A DNA stretch of 64,000 nucleotides from Octopus sinensis (lineage: Eukaryota): positions 103,788,001 to 103,852,000 of the forward strand of contig NC_042998.1 in NCBI RefSeq assembly GCF_006345805.1, in the 5' to 3' direction. Below, in pieces: positions 1-13,830 of this stretch (the stretch's first letter is position 1; each line of letters starts with the position of its first letter). The notes beneath the pieces are model-generated. The model made no database searches. It was not told the origin of the DNA and saw only the letters and a program-made list of their open reading frames with translations. The position numbers and the translations under genes are program-made.

Positions 1-107
1 ATAGATGTGTTTCTATTTACAGATGTGTCTATGTATGTATATACATATATATATATGTGTGTGTGTGTGTCTGTGTGTATGTGTACATATGTATATATAT
101 ATATATA

Positions 108-138
<31 letters not shown>

Positions 139-382
139 AGAAGGTTGAATAGGAACATACGAGTTGATATGTATAAGGAAAATAAGATATTGTAGGAGAT
201 GCTAAAATAATTTTCTCATGAAGACCATTATATATATATACATATATATATATATAAGTATACATTAAATATTTATATATTTACATACACTCGTATACAT
301 AAACATTGTTGTATATATGCATATATATATTATATATATAATATATATATATACACCACACACACAACACACACACACACAC

Positions 383-432
<50 letters not shown>

Positions 433-639
433 TTATATATGTATATGTATATATATAAATGTAGAATATATAAGCATACGTGCATATTATTAACAATTGT
501 GTTTCGAGAGAACAGGCAGAAATTTTCTCATAACATCACATCATACATCTATGCTTCAAATTATTTGAGGAATACTGTCTTGGGAGAAATACATGACTTG
601 TAATTGAAAACTGGTTATAATAACCTTGAATTTATTTAC

Positions 640-1190
640 ATATCCAACTTATTCTACTGGGGAATGTTGAAGATATCAGTTTATCCCTTGTGTTTGAGGG
701 TAGTACGCCAGGAGGACATCCACATTAGATGCTCAACAGCCTCAGAGAGGGCAAGCTACTACTTGCAGGTGTGATAGCTTTACATTGTTATAGACCAGTC
801 GGAGTGGAATTTGCCATTGCAAGCACTTCCTCACAACTAAAATAGTTATCGCTATTGTGAGAGTCAGCAAGAAGGCGTAAGCTGCGAAGTTCACCTTTTT
901 AGTCCAAATTGAAACAATGAATGACTGAGAGCTGAAAGTCCGCTTAGGGAAGCGGGGGAAGTTCTCAGAAACTGTCTTTTCGACATTATTGAGGCTTAAT
1001 ATTGTGCTGATCTTAGAAGTATCCAAATAGGTGGTTTTGTTAGATCTCTTCATTCCTGAGAGGACCGCATAAAAAGCCTACAGAATGCTTGGAACCACAG
1101 GGGCCAGTAGGAAGAAGGCCGTGAGTTTGGTTGTGGGGGTGGCAAAGGTTGCTTCATAATGACTGAGGGTCATGTTGTGTGTGACCTGGG
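640..1190 (-). mobile_element. Degenerate non-LTR retrotransposon ORF1-like remnant (Tx1/L1-type, tentative)
   Basis: GC-richer island. The minus-strand ORF 742-1053 ends in a decayed zinc-knuckle-like segment (..HLQVVACP) and resembles the better-preserved ORF1 piece at 40387-40704. Frame-disrupted; similarity judged by eye. Confidence 0.3.
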
Positions 1191-2103
1191 AGGGGTAGAT
1201 GCTAGTGCGTCTCAATTTGTGTGCGTGTGAGAGTGTGCGGCCGTGCGCGCGTGTGTGCGTGTGTGCGTGTGCGGTCGTGCGTGTGCGTGTGTGCGTGTGC
1301 GTGTATGCGAGAGAGCCTCTGTGCGTGTGTGTGCATGCGAGAGAGCCTCTGTGCGTGTGTGTGTTCGGTGCGTTTTAAAAGTAAACGAACCGTATTATTC
1401 TAAAAATGTCGGCAGAAATGTGGCCAATGTATTTTCGGTTTTCTCTGTTTGTCACGTAATTCTCTACACATTGATTTCCTTGGACTCCATATTACGGATA
1501 TTATCTAGAAAGTAGGTTTCTTCACAAAATCGCAGATACATGCAAATCATAAAATGCACTCTTAGACTCTCTTCGTGTTGCCTTTCTTCAAGCTATATTT
1601 GTTACCATTTATCAAAAGAGTGTTGATAACTGAACTTAAAAGTTCTCCGGGTGAAACGCCATATGACATTTTATCATTTGCATTATTCATATTCTTGAGT
1701 TGTTATTGCGCTGAAATTGTTTCATTGTTGAATTGCTGATTAAATAAGCATCCAGCTGTAATATCTTGTACCTTTATATTCACTGTTGCATTCTCAGTAT
1801 TGCTTCCTTAAGGATATTTTTAATGCATATTTCACGAATAAAGTCGATATCTATAAAATTAAATTACGAATTAAAAGCAGCTGAAATAATGTAAATATTA
1901 TCAGTCGCATATGATGTGTTCGCTTATACGCCAAATTTACTATGATATAGGGTCCGGAGATAGCTTCCCAAAAGAGTTCGAGAGTGAAAGAACATCTGAA
2001 TGTCACAGACCAGGCGAGACAGTGTTCATGTAAGTATGCATGTACGAATGTATGAATGTATGTGCGCGCCCGTGTGTGTGTGTATGCACACACACACACA
2101 TAT

Positions 2104-3047
2104 ATATGAACTACAAAAGAAACGTCGTACTGTAAAAGATTATTTGCTTCAAACACAATATTGAATTTGTATGGAGCTTATCACAGTTCTAGTTAATTTG
2201 ACATAAGGAACATGTCACTGACTTACAACACTACACTCTTTTGGAAATCCAAGGTTTGCCTGTAGGGTTGGAACTCGCTCACTTTTCGTGAACATAGTAA
2301 TGCACGCGAATGCATCTTTATGACACACATGCTGCACGAAATGAACTATCAGCAGTGGAGGAATATAGTCTTCTCTGACGATATTGCATTTCTGTGGCAG
2401 ATGGCAGATGGCAGAGCTAGAGTTTGGAGAAGATGTGAACGTCATGCACATGGCCGTGTGATGGAGAGAGACTCATGAGGGGGACAGAACTTCATGGTAG
2501 GGAGCAGGATTGCACTCAATCAGAAACTTGGACCGGTGGTCTTCTAAAACATCGGCCAAGGCCGGGGCAATGGAGTAACTGCTGCTCGCTACAACGACCA
2601 AATGTTGACAACAGACTTCCTCGAAGAGCACAACAGCCAGACACTGCCATGGCATGTCCTAAATCCGGACTTGAACCTCATAAAGCACCTGTAGGACGAA
2701 ATCCAAACAAGGCTAAATGACAACTGCGGCACAACTCACTGCAAGTTTTAACTGCTACAACCATGGACTTCATCAATCGTTTGGTGCGTTCAATGTGCAG
2801 AAGATGTCTGGTGGTAATCAACGCTAACGATGGTCACACAAGAGATGGTGTTCATCTCTTTGGATCCAGGACACTCCGTCATCACGTGATACCATGCAAC
2901 GTCAAGCATGTTTCAGGAGATGACGTTTTATCATTGGGAAAGAACTTTTTCTTAGTTAGCACTCGTCACTCAATGCTATAGCAGTCTGTTAATAAACCGG
3001 TTTGTATTCAGTATGTGTGCGAAGCTTCTTCTGTGCTTTTGCTTATA
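2104..3047 (+). mobile_element. Tc1-like DNA transposon relic (transposase pseudogene)
   Basis: Frame-broken motifs in the expected order: WRNIVFSDD (~2355-2381), DGRARVWRR, GNGVTAARY, LPWHVLNPDLNLIKHL*DEI (the WPxxSPDLNPIE motif) and C-terminal INRLVRSMCRRCLVVINANDGHTR. Degenerate TIR-like ends near 2104-2128 and ~3020-3047. Confidence 0.8.
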
Positions 3048-3084
3048 TGGATAAATAGATAGATATAGATAAATGTGTATATGC

Positions 3085-3143
3085 ATACATACATACATAC
3101 ATACATACATACATACATACATACATACATACATACATACATA
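3085..3143. repeat. (TACA)n microsatellite
   Basis: Direct inspection. Confidence 0.95.
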
Positions 3144-5568
3144 CACACAAACATATATATATATATATAAAATTGACTATGACACGTATATATACACACA
3201 CATATATATATATATACATATATATGCACACGTGTGTGTTTGTGTGTGTTGAGGGAAGTACGCAGATATATCTGAAGAATATATACTTCAGTTGAAGAAA
3301 CATTAAAATATTTCATATAAAGAATGTCTGAAACTTACCAATTTTTCGAGAATGGTAAACGGAGAAGACTATTTTGGCAACATCTAACAAAATCAAATGA
3401 TTTAGCCTGATATTTTGTTGTCCTCTTGGCTTCTAATATATAATTTTGGTGAGAAAGTATATATGATATTTACTTACGCGTTATCGAAATACAGCGTGGG
3501 TTCCTTAATTATTTGGCCCATCACAAATTTCCAACCATTTTCGTTTTTTTTCCTAATTATAAACTGACATTTGGTTTCAAATTTTTGTGGTTTCAAAAAT
3601 GCATTGTAGTCTATCTATTTTTTTTTTTTTTTTGGTGTATGTGTCAGTATTATGAATGATTAACAAAAATTCTTAAAATAATTAAGTTATGATAATTCTC
3701 ATCTTGATAATAATTAATGTGATTCACTTGCGGAATACGACAAACCAGTCGATGGTCGATACAGCTGTTGAATTATGTTATCTTTTATTATTGTAATATA
3801 TTCCTTCAAACTAAAAATTTATTAAAAAATGCTCCCTAGGTGTATAGCATTTTGAGAAATTTGGAATTTAGTCGATATTTTCTTTCACACTATCTGTATA
3901 ATTAGCGGTTATAAAATCAAGTGGAGTATAAAATTTTTTAAATTAAACGAAAAATACTACACTGCAGCATGTCTAAAGATTATAATTTTTATCTTTAATC
4001 TACTTAACAACATTGCAGAATGATGTAATTTGCATTTCTAAGTATTATGTTCACACTAACATTTACATATTTCTTACTACAGCATTAAATCATCACTAAG
4101 TGTATTCAAGGAACTAATTTGTCTAGACATAATCTCGCAGGATTTAGAACAGAGTCACAAATCTAATTGTAAGTATACTTAATGATCACTCTTTAGTTTA
4201 TTATCTAAACAAAATAGTTAACATGTTTCAATATGCAAAATACACGAGCGCATTTATTATTGCATGCACAAACGCGTCTACAACAAGGATTTAAAACAAA
4301 AACAATTTCCTTCTATTGTCATGTCCGACGGTCAGATTCTATGTAATTGCAAAGATATATTCAGATTTACGTTGATGTTTATCATTAGCTGCAGATGGAG
4401 GAAACCTGTGATCGAAATTCCTCTATTTCTTATCATCCAGTCATTTTCTTTTCAGACATAGTGTATGTAAGATAAAATTATCCAACGTTTTTGCTTTTGA
4501 TTTTTTTAGATGGTTTAGTGTAATTTGAGGAAGGTTTGGATACTGTTTTAACTCGATTTCTACTAGTAAGCAACTTCATAATGCATCATTGATGATCTCG
4601 TTTCAGTCATATAAATAAGGGAGTCAGCAGCCCATAAGCACATATGAAATTCTATGCAATACAAAACTGGTTTCTTTTGCAGTGCCCCTTTGAATTACAC
4701 ATACCAAGTTGTTAAGTGTATTATCAATTAGCACAATATTTCCTTTTAAAAATATGAGGGAAATGTTTTATTACTAACAGGCTTTTTTAATGAAAAGACA
4801 GAACAGATACAACATAATTTCATTTTCCTTCCTTCTCCATTGTGCTGAACAAGTTTTAGAATTTCAATAATCTTGTAAAATTATAACAATTTGTTCATCC
4901 ACCTTTCAATCTTCATATCTCTTCCCTACAATATGAGAAACACAAAATTACATAATTTTGATTACTGTGCATTTAGTTTTGCCTTTAGTTATTCTGTTGG
5001 CAATAATGAATTATAAGTATGAAACATTAGTATGAATATGTATTATGAAATATCCTAGTACATAAGCATAAGTAAACTATCTTAATAATGAAAGTAATTC
5101 AGTTTCATAAATGCCTGAATCGATAAAAATTCCGTATAAAATTCCTTCAAGGCGATGAATTAGGTGGTTCAAAACAGCATCGGGCAGAATGACTTGTAGT
5201 TTTCGTGGTGCATTCCTGCGTCCAAATTTCGGAAACAATATTTTTGTCTTTCATCCTTTCAGGTTCGATCAGTAAATTGCCAGTTCAGTATTGGAGACTA
5301 TTACATCTCTCTCTGAAAGAAATCGACTCTAATCAAACTTGGAAGTAAATGACCATGACGCGTATGTTATGACGAAAACCCGATAACTCCATCAGCAATT
5401 AAGGGCTCAAAGAGGGAAGGAGAATTCCCTTGCAGTATTTAGGTCTTTCAGTTAATATTCTGTTTCAATTCTGCTGGTATCGATAAAATAACGCGCTAAT
5501 CATTCTTCGGTTCGATATTAACTGCCATAGATTCCCCAAAACTTGTGCTTCTATGTTAGATATCGTTT

Positions 5569-5570
<2 letters not shown>

Positions 5571-5657
<87 letters not shown>

Positions 5658-5665
5658 TATATATA
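5571..5665. repeat. (TA)n microsatellite
   Basis: Direct inspection. Confidence 0.95.
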
Positions 5666-6084
5666 ATCATGTGTGGACTCTTTCATCTATATTTGAACTT
5701 TGTTCTGATCCTGCTGAGTTACTCCTTTGAGTGCAGATTTTAACTTTATGTATATTGATGTGAAGGAGATACAGGGGTTGCTTTTGGTACTAGAGTTTCT
5801 TCATTGTTGAGAAGCACTCAAAAGTTCCATTTTGCGGCGAATGAAAGTTTGTAGAATTTGACATCGGTGAAATTTAGATAAGAGGTACAGAGAGCCGGAA
5901 AAAATACCAGAAAGGAGTCTATCGAATGTTGCAATGATTGCTAATTCATCCCATTAGTTCCAGTAAAATGAGTTTATGGAATATAAACTCCCCCATCTGT
6001 ACCGGTGTCGACTGACACTATCGGGCTAACAAATTTATGCCCTTGTGACAAAATGAGAAACACATACAAACACACACACACACG

Positions 6085-6135
<51 letters not shown>

Positions 6136-6322
6136 ATGTTGGTGTGTGCGTGTGTATGTATATATATATGTTTATATGTATGTATGTACGTATGTATGAA
6201 TGTATGTATATGTATATTTACATGTAAGCCAGTTTAATATTATCTTTATAGATATTTTTAATTCAGAGCCAGCACTGTAAGTTATTTTATGCAGGTACAA
6301 ACGTACATGCATTCGCACTTAC

Positions 6323-6379
<57 letters not shown>

Positions 6380-6984
6380 ATAACAAGACGAATAAAAGTA
6401 TATAAACTTTTGGTTTGTTGAAATTATTCCGTATGCTAAACGATATTAAGCAATTGAGTAGTGACAACTGGAACTAAATCCAATAGAAAGTTGAATAATT
6501 TTACGAATCAAACAAATTTTCGGAAACAGACATGCCTTTACAGAAAATCTATATTTAATTCTAGAGACAAACGGATGGGCGTGGAGATGTGTTTCTGCCT
6601 GAACAAGTCTCATCAGACCAGGTTTTTTCGTAGCTGGTATTGAGCAAACGAAATACAAAGAAGAAAAAAAAAACAACAACCTGAATTTTATGGCCAAGAA
6701 ATTTACCTAAGTTAAACGAAATTAATCTAATATGACATAACTTACTGGTCAGCAGAATTTATCGAAATCGTCTTCAGTTCTAGAAGAAAAATCACCTGCT
6801 GACAAGTAGAAATGAATCTAAGAGAAAATAATCTGAAAATCAAAGAAATTATAATAATTACAGTCTCTACAGCAAGACGCGTTTAGGCCTCAACTTCAAA
6901 ATCTGTACAATGTTTTCTAGGTTCCAATATGCGACTACTCTTTTCTTAGATATATTTGTGTGCGTATATATTGTATACACACAC

Positions 6985-7792
6985 ACACACACGCACACAC
7001 TGGAAAGTTGATTGCAGTAAACCTCTGCTCTGATTGGCTCCCTAAATGATGTAATGGACAATACCAATTGCAGACCACCTGACAGTCACCATAATCTTTT
7101 GCTGATGAACCTTTGGCTTTGGGGGACTCATCACGATCCAGCCATTGACCTGATCGTTTACGGTTATCATAAAGGATCACATTTCGTCACAAGTGACTAT
7201 TCGGTCAAGAAGAGGTGTTTTGCAGAAAGAGCATCGAGCACACTTTAGAACTCATTGAGCTCATGTGGTACCAGTTTATCAATCTTTTTCACCTTACCAA
7301 TCTTCTGCAGATTGCGCGAGACCGTTGCAATACCGACACCAAGTGCCTCAGACATTTCTCTGACACTTTAATATGGTTTTGTTCAACAATTGCTTTCACT
7401 TGTTCATTGTCAAGACTGCATGACCGTCTTCTACATTCTTCATCTTCAAAGCTCTTATCACCACTACAGAATTTCTGAAACCACCTTCGTACTTTGCGAT
7501 CACTTGTGGACCCTTCTTCTCATGCCCTGTTGATATTGGCAGCAGTTTGGGAGGCATTGTGCAAGACAAGCAAGCGAAGGTCCTTTTTTGTCATGTTCAT
7601 AATTAAGGGTTCCTATGCTTCAAGAATGTTTTCTGTCTGAAATAAGTAGAAAATTATTAAAGAGCATTAATATTATTAATTATTAATTATTAAGTATGTC
7701 GAAATTCACCTAAAGTATAATCAAAATACTATGATAAAATTGTGCTTCTAAACACAATTCTTAGAACAGCCATTACTTTCGGAATAACCTAA
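6985..7792 (-). mobile_element. mariner-like transposon, 3'-truncated and internally deleted pseudogene
   Basis: Mariner-type TIR TTAGGTTATTCCGAAAGTAATGGCTGTT on the minus strand at 7765-7792, flanked by TA. Decayed transposase motifs: VRRWFQKF.SGD.SFEDEE, K.DKLVPHEL, LDRIVTCDE (first catalytic D), YDNRKRSGQWLD, QKIMVTVRWSAIGIVHY. Breaks off in a (CA)n tract. Confidence 0.85.
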
Positions 7793-9149
7793 TAATTTGA
7801 AATATGCATGGTAATGTTATATTCTTTGTTGTCTGTTCTCGCATGCTTTAAAAGGAAACAAAATGTTTCACGGTTTGTTCGTTAAATGTCTTAATTAACT
7901 GATTAAAATTTGCTTTAATTTCATAAAAATGTTTACCCTTCACTTAAGATGATTTTATTGTTAACAGAACGATATATAACCAGCGACGTTTTACATACAT
8001 TCATTCGAGTAAACGAAAGAAGTGTAACATTTAAATCCAGGATATCGTGTGTATTTTTATATTCATGTTGAGCAGTGCAAGTGTTATAATGGACGTTTGG
8101 AGAAAATATATGCCATAAGTCGACAGATTGTATTTAGTTTCTCATTATCTACACTGATATGTATCATTGCGCACGGATCATAATTTATCTTGGAATATAC
8201 AATATTACTAAGAAGCAAATCCATAGCTAATCGACGCTACAGTTTACAAATTGAATCCTCTCGGAGAAGAAAGGAAGCATGTAATATATTATTAGATTCT
8301 CAAACACGATGATATATCTACTTTCAATAAATGTTTTTCATATCGCTAGTACATTATTCATAATCTATAGGATTTCTTTAACTACTTTTAAAATTTGACT
8401 TGAGTGCCCCAATACACACATGCAAGCACATATTTATATCGATATACTTGGATATATACCTATGTACAAACGCAAGCATATGTGTCCGCATGCGTGTATG
8501 TGTGTATATACATGTATGTTTGTGCGTGCGTGTGTGTGTATGTGTGTGTGTATAATCACAATAAAATGATAGCCACATTGCAGTTTAAAACATTTCTCCA
8601 CAGCTTTGAAATAACGTTTATTATCTCTTTTTCAAATGATTTACTCTAAACTGTGGTACAAATAGCATCTTTCTCCCTCAGCGAATTAGAGCAAACACTG
8701 AATGGTAAATACCTATAAAATTTTAACACGTGTGCATTAACTGTATTATATATCGTCTATTCGCAAAATGTACTAGATGACACATAATGCATAAGAACTA
8801 TGGAAAGAAAGTATATCATATTCCGGCCGCAGTATAATTTAAGTATTTAGCTTATTTCTCCAAAACGTTTCTCTTAATGTATCTTTTTTTGTTTTTATTA
8901 TTGAAAATGTATATATTTAGCATCTATACATGTAATACGAAGCATATATCATAGTCTTTATGAAGCAGTATCGGTGGTGCTGTTTTGGTTATCTATGTGA
9001 TATAACTTTCTGTGATCTTATAACAGACTGACAGTTCAAACGATCGCAACCAATTTGAAAAATATAGACGTGTATTATTTATAAGTAGGAAGGATGACGT
9101 ATATCTCTGTTTCTTTCACGTGTGTACCTATACTTTTCAATAAAATTAC

Positions 9150-9267
9150 AATTTCCCGTTCCGGTTGAAGGATGCATTCCAGGTAGCTGTTACTTCGAAA
9201 GGCTGGTAGTTGCGAAAGAATGACTCCTGTGTAGAATAAACAAGCGCAGAAGAGACTGCAAATTGGT
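9150..9267 (-). CDS. Candidate internal exon of an unidentified gene
   Basis: Long polypyrimidine acceptor (tatatttttcttttgcacattctag), open frame QFAVSSALVYSTQESFFRNYQPFEVTATWNASFNRNGK and donor tt|gtaatt. Phase-compatible with candidate exon 8660-8712 (YLPFSVCSNSLREKDAI). No homology recognised. Confidence 0.35.
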
Positions 9268-10371
9268 CTAGAATGTGCAAAAGAAAAATATATAGTGGTT
9301 ATAACTGAATCTAGAGGGGATACTGTAACTTTCAGAAGGAAGCTAAAAGGGATTACCATGGATATATGCTGCAATTGTGTAATCTGACAAGAAGCTTCTA
9401 TTCAAAGAAGTGGGAGACAGGTGGATGCTTCTATGCCTGACACAATCGGAAGATTATCCGATGTCATGTGCAAAATCATAGAAAGTAGGCACTTGGTCCT
9501 CTATCGTATCGATCGACTTGCTAGAATGGCAGCCAAATCTGACAAGTAGACTAGGAGGAGGAACATATAAAATATTGTAGTTCATTATATCATAAAAAAA
9601 CATCGGTATGGCCAGACCTGGAATACTTTTGATCATAATGCTGCTCAGTCATATCTGTCTGCAGCTGAACAAGTTAAAGATCAATATAAATATCTAGCAG
9701 CCTGTTGGTTATCTAAAATGGGGACGTTTGTTATTGGAAACAACCATTTCCTACACAGAAAGATATCGATCGTTTTGTTAGCAATTTCAGTGAATGAAAG
9801 TAGTGGGTAAATGGTTTGGTTGATGGACACTCAATTGTGAAGACGTAGCTTTGTTTATCGGGACAACAGAATTTGAAATCCTTAATCAAGGAAATTCATT
9901 TCAAGTTGCTTTAATCGACAGAGTTATACCTTGCAGACTATTTGACAAAGTGCTTGCAGATGCAAGATTTCAACAGCTTTTAATGTCTGAGGCAACTGAA
10001 TGCTAGTAGCTGTCGGTAAATTCGCTCTTCTGTAAAATGAGACACAGGTTCGACAAGATTCTTGGAAAGATGATAAGAATAATGAAAAATGAAATATATC
10101 AACTAAATAAAGAAATGTGAAATTTCAATAAAGATCGGAATTGATAGAAAAAGCCGCTGAAATGTAGGATCTCTATTCTTTAGAAAGTAGCTATACATTC
10201 AAAGAGTTATAAATTAATCAATCTCTGAGATGTGCATGTTCTATGACTTGTTTATTAGTTTTCCATGGAAGGTATTTTATTTATCCATATAGTTAATGAT
10301 TGGTTCGGTCAACTTACATAGTTCGATCCCCAAATACTAGACTTCACCATAGTTCGTCTCTTCTAACTTAC

Positions 10372-10452
10372 CTTCAAGTCAGCCAAAATCTTACTAGTGA
10401 AATTTGATGCATGAAAGCTATTCCGCGGACCATTGGTGGGTAGGAGGGCTAC
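10372..10452 (-). CDS. Candidate internal exon of an unidentified gene
   Basis: Strong donor AAG|gtaagt and acceptor cacctagcagcag. Open phase 0-0 frame VALLPTNGPRNSFHASNFTSKILADLK. Confidence 0.35.
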
Positions 10453-12171
10453 CTGCTGCTAGGTGATATAGTTTTCTGTAGCATGGTTTAATACCACTGC
10501 TAGTTTCATGCAGATCTCCAGCCAGATCTTAGGGCTAAGTATAAATTCCTCTCTTCTATTTACTAGCGTTTCACTCCTTGGTAAAAAAATAAAAAAAAAG
10601 AATTAAAATAGGTGCCACCTTTCTTCTTTTGACTAAGTCAATTAAACCAAATTTAACTATTTTTTATATCTCACGCAACATTTTTTTCCCATAATTTCTT
10701 AATCTCACTTTCTCTCCACATTCCTAATTTTATCTCTGAATTTTGAAAATTGTTCGTATTTAGTATTTACAGAGTATAATTCTGTGGGACCTATTATAGC
10801 TATTATACGCAGGGCGTACATTGTAAGGTGGATAAATTTCTTGGAACTGTGAATACAAATTAGAGACTCCAGTTTTGTACTTAACATAGTCAATAAGAAT
10901 AAATAATTTTGAACTAGAGTATCAAAGTATTGTGGAAGAGTGATCACACAAAATGCAAATAAAGACATATATAAGGAAGCTAATAGTCTGGAAAATTCTT
11001 ACTACTTTAACCAAAATTCCTCTCATAAATATAGAGAGTTTAAGCATTTAACTTTGCAAGGCAAAATTAAGTAATACTCTTTTATATTGATTTAATTTTA
11101 AAATGTCTCATCTCTTATTTTGAAATTATTTCATCAAATGCACTTTTCATTGTTGATTTACCCGTTTTTTAACATATATATCAACATATCAATTAACATA
11201 CTTAATTGATTCATTAAAATATACAATAAATAGAGATACACACTTCTCACAACAATACGGCGCCATTTGTAAGCAAGCAATGGTCAAATAGATTAGGTGC
11301 CAGCAATCGTATTTCGTGTCTTGAATGCTTAATGTAAAACATGAGATCTTATTCATCGGTAAACATTGATTATTTCCTTCTGGAAACTATTTAATTCTAC
11401 TTCCAATTACTTATCAATGCAGTACCATTGTAAACGTGAGTTTACGATAGACATACAGTGAAATCCATGGAAATGTAGTGATGATCTGCGCCGGCAAATA
11501 GTAATTACAAACATTTCTCGCATTGGAATATATTATTGGGCAGTTAGGGCGAAAAGCTTCGGACAGATACCTTCCTCAGAGAGAGAATGAATAGAGAGAG
11601 AAAGAGAGAGAGAGAAGGAGATACAGACAGACAGACATACAGACAGACAGTAACAGAGACCGAGAGAGAAATATAGAGTGAAAGAGAGACAGAGACAGAG
11701 AACGTGTGCGTGATTGAATGTCTAGAGTGATGAAATGTTTACTCAGCATTAACCTATGTTGCTTTTGTTTGATAATACGATGGATACAGTTTGAGGGAAA
11801 TTTGAAAGTTATTTGTAGCAGGTCAAAGGACCACATATGCAGAAGTTCTTGTTTCTTTGTCGTTCTGCTTCCAATATAGGCGTGAGACTGTTTGTGCTAT
11901 CGGTGCCTTTTTTTTTTATTACTTTCATTACCGACATATCATAAGACACTATATAAATTTTAATACCACCTTTCACTGAATACCTTATCAATGAAGCTCA
12001 ATAACATTTTTTGTAAATTAATGAGGGAGCTTCTGACACACTTGCTCGATGCTGCATGAGCAGATTCAACTTTATCAACTAAAACATCACCGTCTTATGT
12101 CATGGAAGCACCTACTGGATGATATATTGTCCTAAATTATCCTAATATCGTGACAGCGATCGCAATTTTAC

Positions 12172-12587
12172 CTTTTATCTTTTCTTTTATCTGTTCTTGC
12201 TCAAGTCATTTGACTACGGCCATTCTGGGGCACCGACTTGAAGAAATTTTAGTCGAATGAATCGACCCTAGTATTTATTTTTAATGCCTACGACTTATTC
12301 CATCGGTGTCTCTTGCCAAGTCGCTCAGTTACGAGCGACGTAAGCACACCTGCACCGGTTGTCAAGCGGTGGTAGGGAACAAATACAGATGCGCGCGCAC
12401 ACACACACACACGCACACACGCACACGCACATATGACGGGCTTCTTTCCGTTTTCGTCTACCAAATACTTTCACAAGGCTTTCGTTGGTCTGAGACTACT
12501 AGAAGGTACATGCCCAAGATACCACGCAGTGAAACGGAACCCGGGAGCTCATGATCGGGAAGCAAGCTTCTTACCACCCAGCCTCGT
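12172..12587 (-). mobile_element. tRNA-derived SINE, family A (central microsatellite, AAAAGAAT-type tail)
   Basis: Same modules as the copies at 21060-21495 and 23784-24178: tail ..cagtcatttgact.cggcc.., central (CA)n and a head with a decayed B-box. Confidence 0.85.
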
Positions 12588-12793
12588 CTGTTCAAACAAT
12601 CTTAAATTGTGACTTAAAAAACGAAACCTCTGCTTTCTAATACGCTCGATAGTTCAGTAAAATGGCAATGAATGAGAAAAAACGAATGAGGGTGGGTCAA
12701 ATAGAGGAGGCTTAAAATACTGAGGTTTTTGTGCTTGTAATCTACTGAAAGAAGAAACAGCGTTACTTTTGTCGAGAATATATGAAATAACTA

Positions 12794-13545
12794 AGGCGGC
12801 GAGCTGGCAGAAACATTAGCACGCCGGGCGAAATGCTTAGCGGTATTTCGCCTGCCGTTACGTTCTGAGTTCAAATTCCGCCGAGGTCGACTTTGCCTTC
12901 ATACTTTCGAGGTCGATAAATTAAGTACCAGATGAATACTGGGGTCGTTGTAATCGACTTAATCCGTTTGTCTGTCCTTGTTTGTCCCCTCTGTGTGTAG
13001 CCCCTTGTGGGTAGTAAAGAAATAGGTATTTCGTCTGCCGTTACGCTGTGAATTTAAATTCCGCCGAGGTCGACTTTGCCTTTCATCCTTTCGGGGTCGA
13101 TAAATTAAGTACAAGTTACGCACTGGGGTCGATGTAATCGACTTAATACCTATGCCTGTCCTTGTTTGTCCCCTCTATGTTTAACCCCTTGTGGGCAATA
13201 AAGAAATAGGTATTTCGTCTGCCGCTACGTTCTGAGTTCCAATTCCGCCGAGGTCGGCTTTGCCTTTCATACTTTCGGGGTCGATTAAATAAGTACCAGT
13301 TACGCACTGGGGTCGATATAATCGACTTAATCCGTTTGGCTGTCTTTGTTTGCCCCTTGTGGGTAATAAAGAAATAGGTATTCCGTCTGCCTTTACGTGC
13401 TGAGTTCAAATTCCGCGGAGGTCGACTTTGCCTTTCATTCTTTCGGGATTGACAAGTTAAGTGTCAGTTGCGTACTGGGGTCAACTAATCGACTGGCCTG
13501 CTCTCCCAAAATTTCGGGCCTTGTGCCTAGAGTAGAAAAGAATAT
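12794..13545 (+). mobile_element. Head-to-tail array of four units of tRNA-derived SINE family B
   Basis: One head (aaggcggcgagctggcagaa), then units restarting at GGTAT at 12842, 13025, 13209 and 13377. B-box-like gagttcaaattcc is present (decayed in some units). Confidence 0.9.
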
Positions 13546-13599
13546 ATGTAATAGCTTAAAGTATACTATACATAGCATTGTAATTCATGTTATCCCGGA

Positions 13600-13830
13600 T
13601 CGAGAAATTATCATGATCATCATTTTCTTCTTCTTCTTCTTCTTCTTCTTCTTCTTCTTCTTCTTCTTCTTCTTCTTCTTCTTCTTCTTCTTCTCCTTCT
13701 TCTTCTTCTTCTTCTTCTTCTTCTTCTTCTTCTTCTTTATCACTACCACCACCGCCATCTTCATCATCATCATTATCATCATCATCATTTTTATTATTAT
13801 CATTAGTATTATTATTATAATTATTATTAA
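13600..13830. repeat. Compound (ATC)n/(TTC)n/(ATT)n microsatellite
   Basis: About 37 near-perfect TTC units at 13626-13737. Source of the poly-F, poly-E and poly-K ORFs. Confidence 0.95.

Noticed and set aside
7-496. ORFs rich in YI/CV/HT dipeptides, here and throughout the window
   Set aside because: Translations of (TA)n, (TG)n and (TACA)n microsatellites.
5263-5344. Plus-strand exon-like segment SISKLPVQYWRLLHLSLKEIDSNQTW with a good acceptor
   Set aside because: Isolated, with only a moderate donor and no supported partner exon or homology.
12842-13545. CRISPR-like array
   Set aside because: Eukaryotic SINE units of ~184 bp with no unique spacers and no cas genes.
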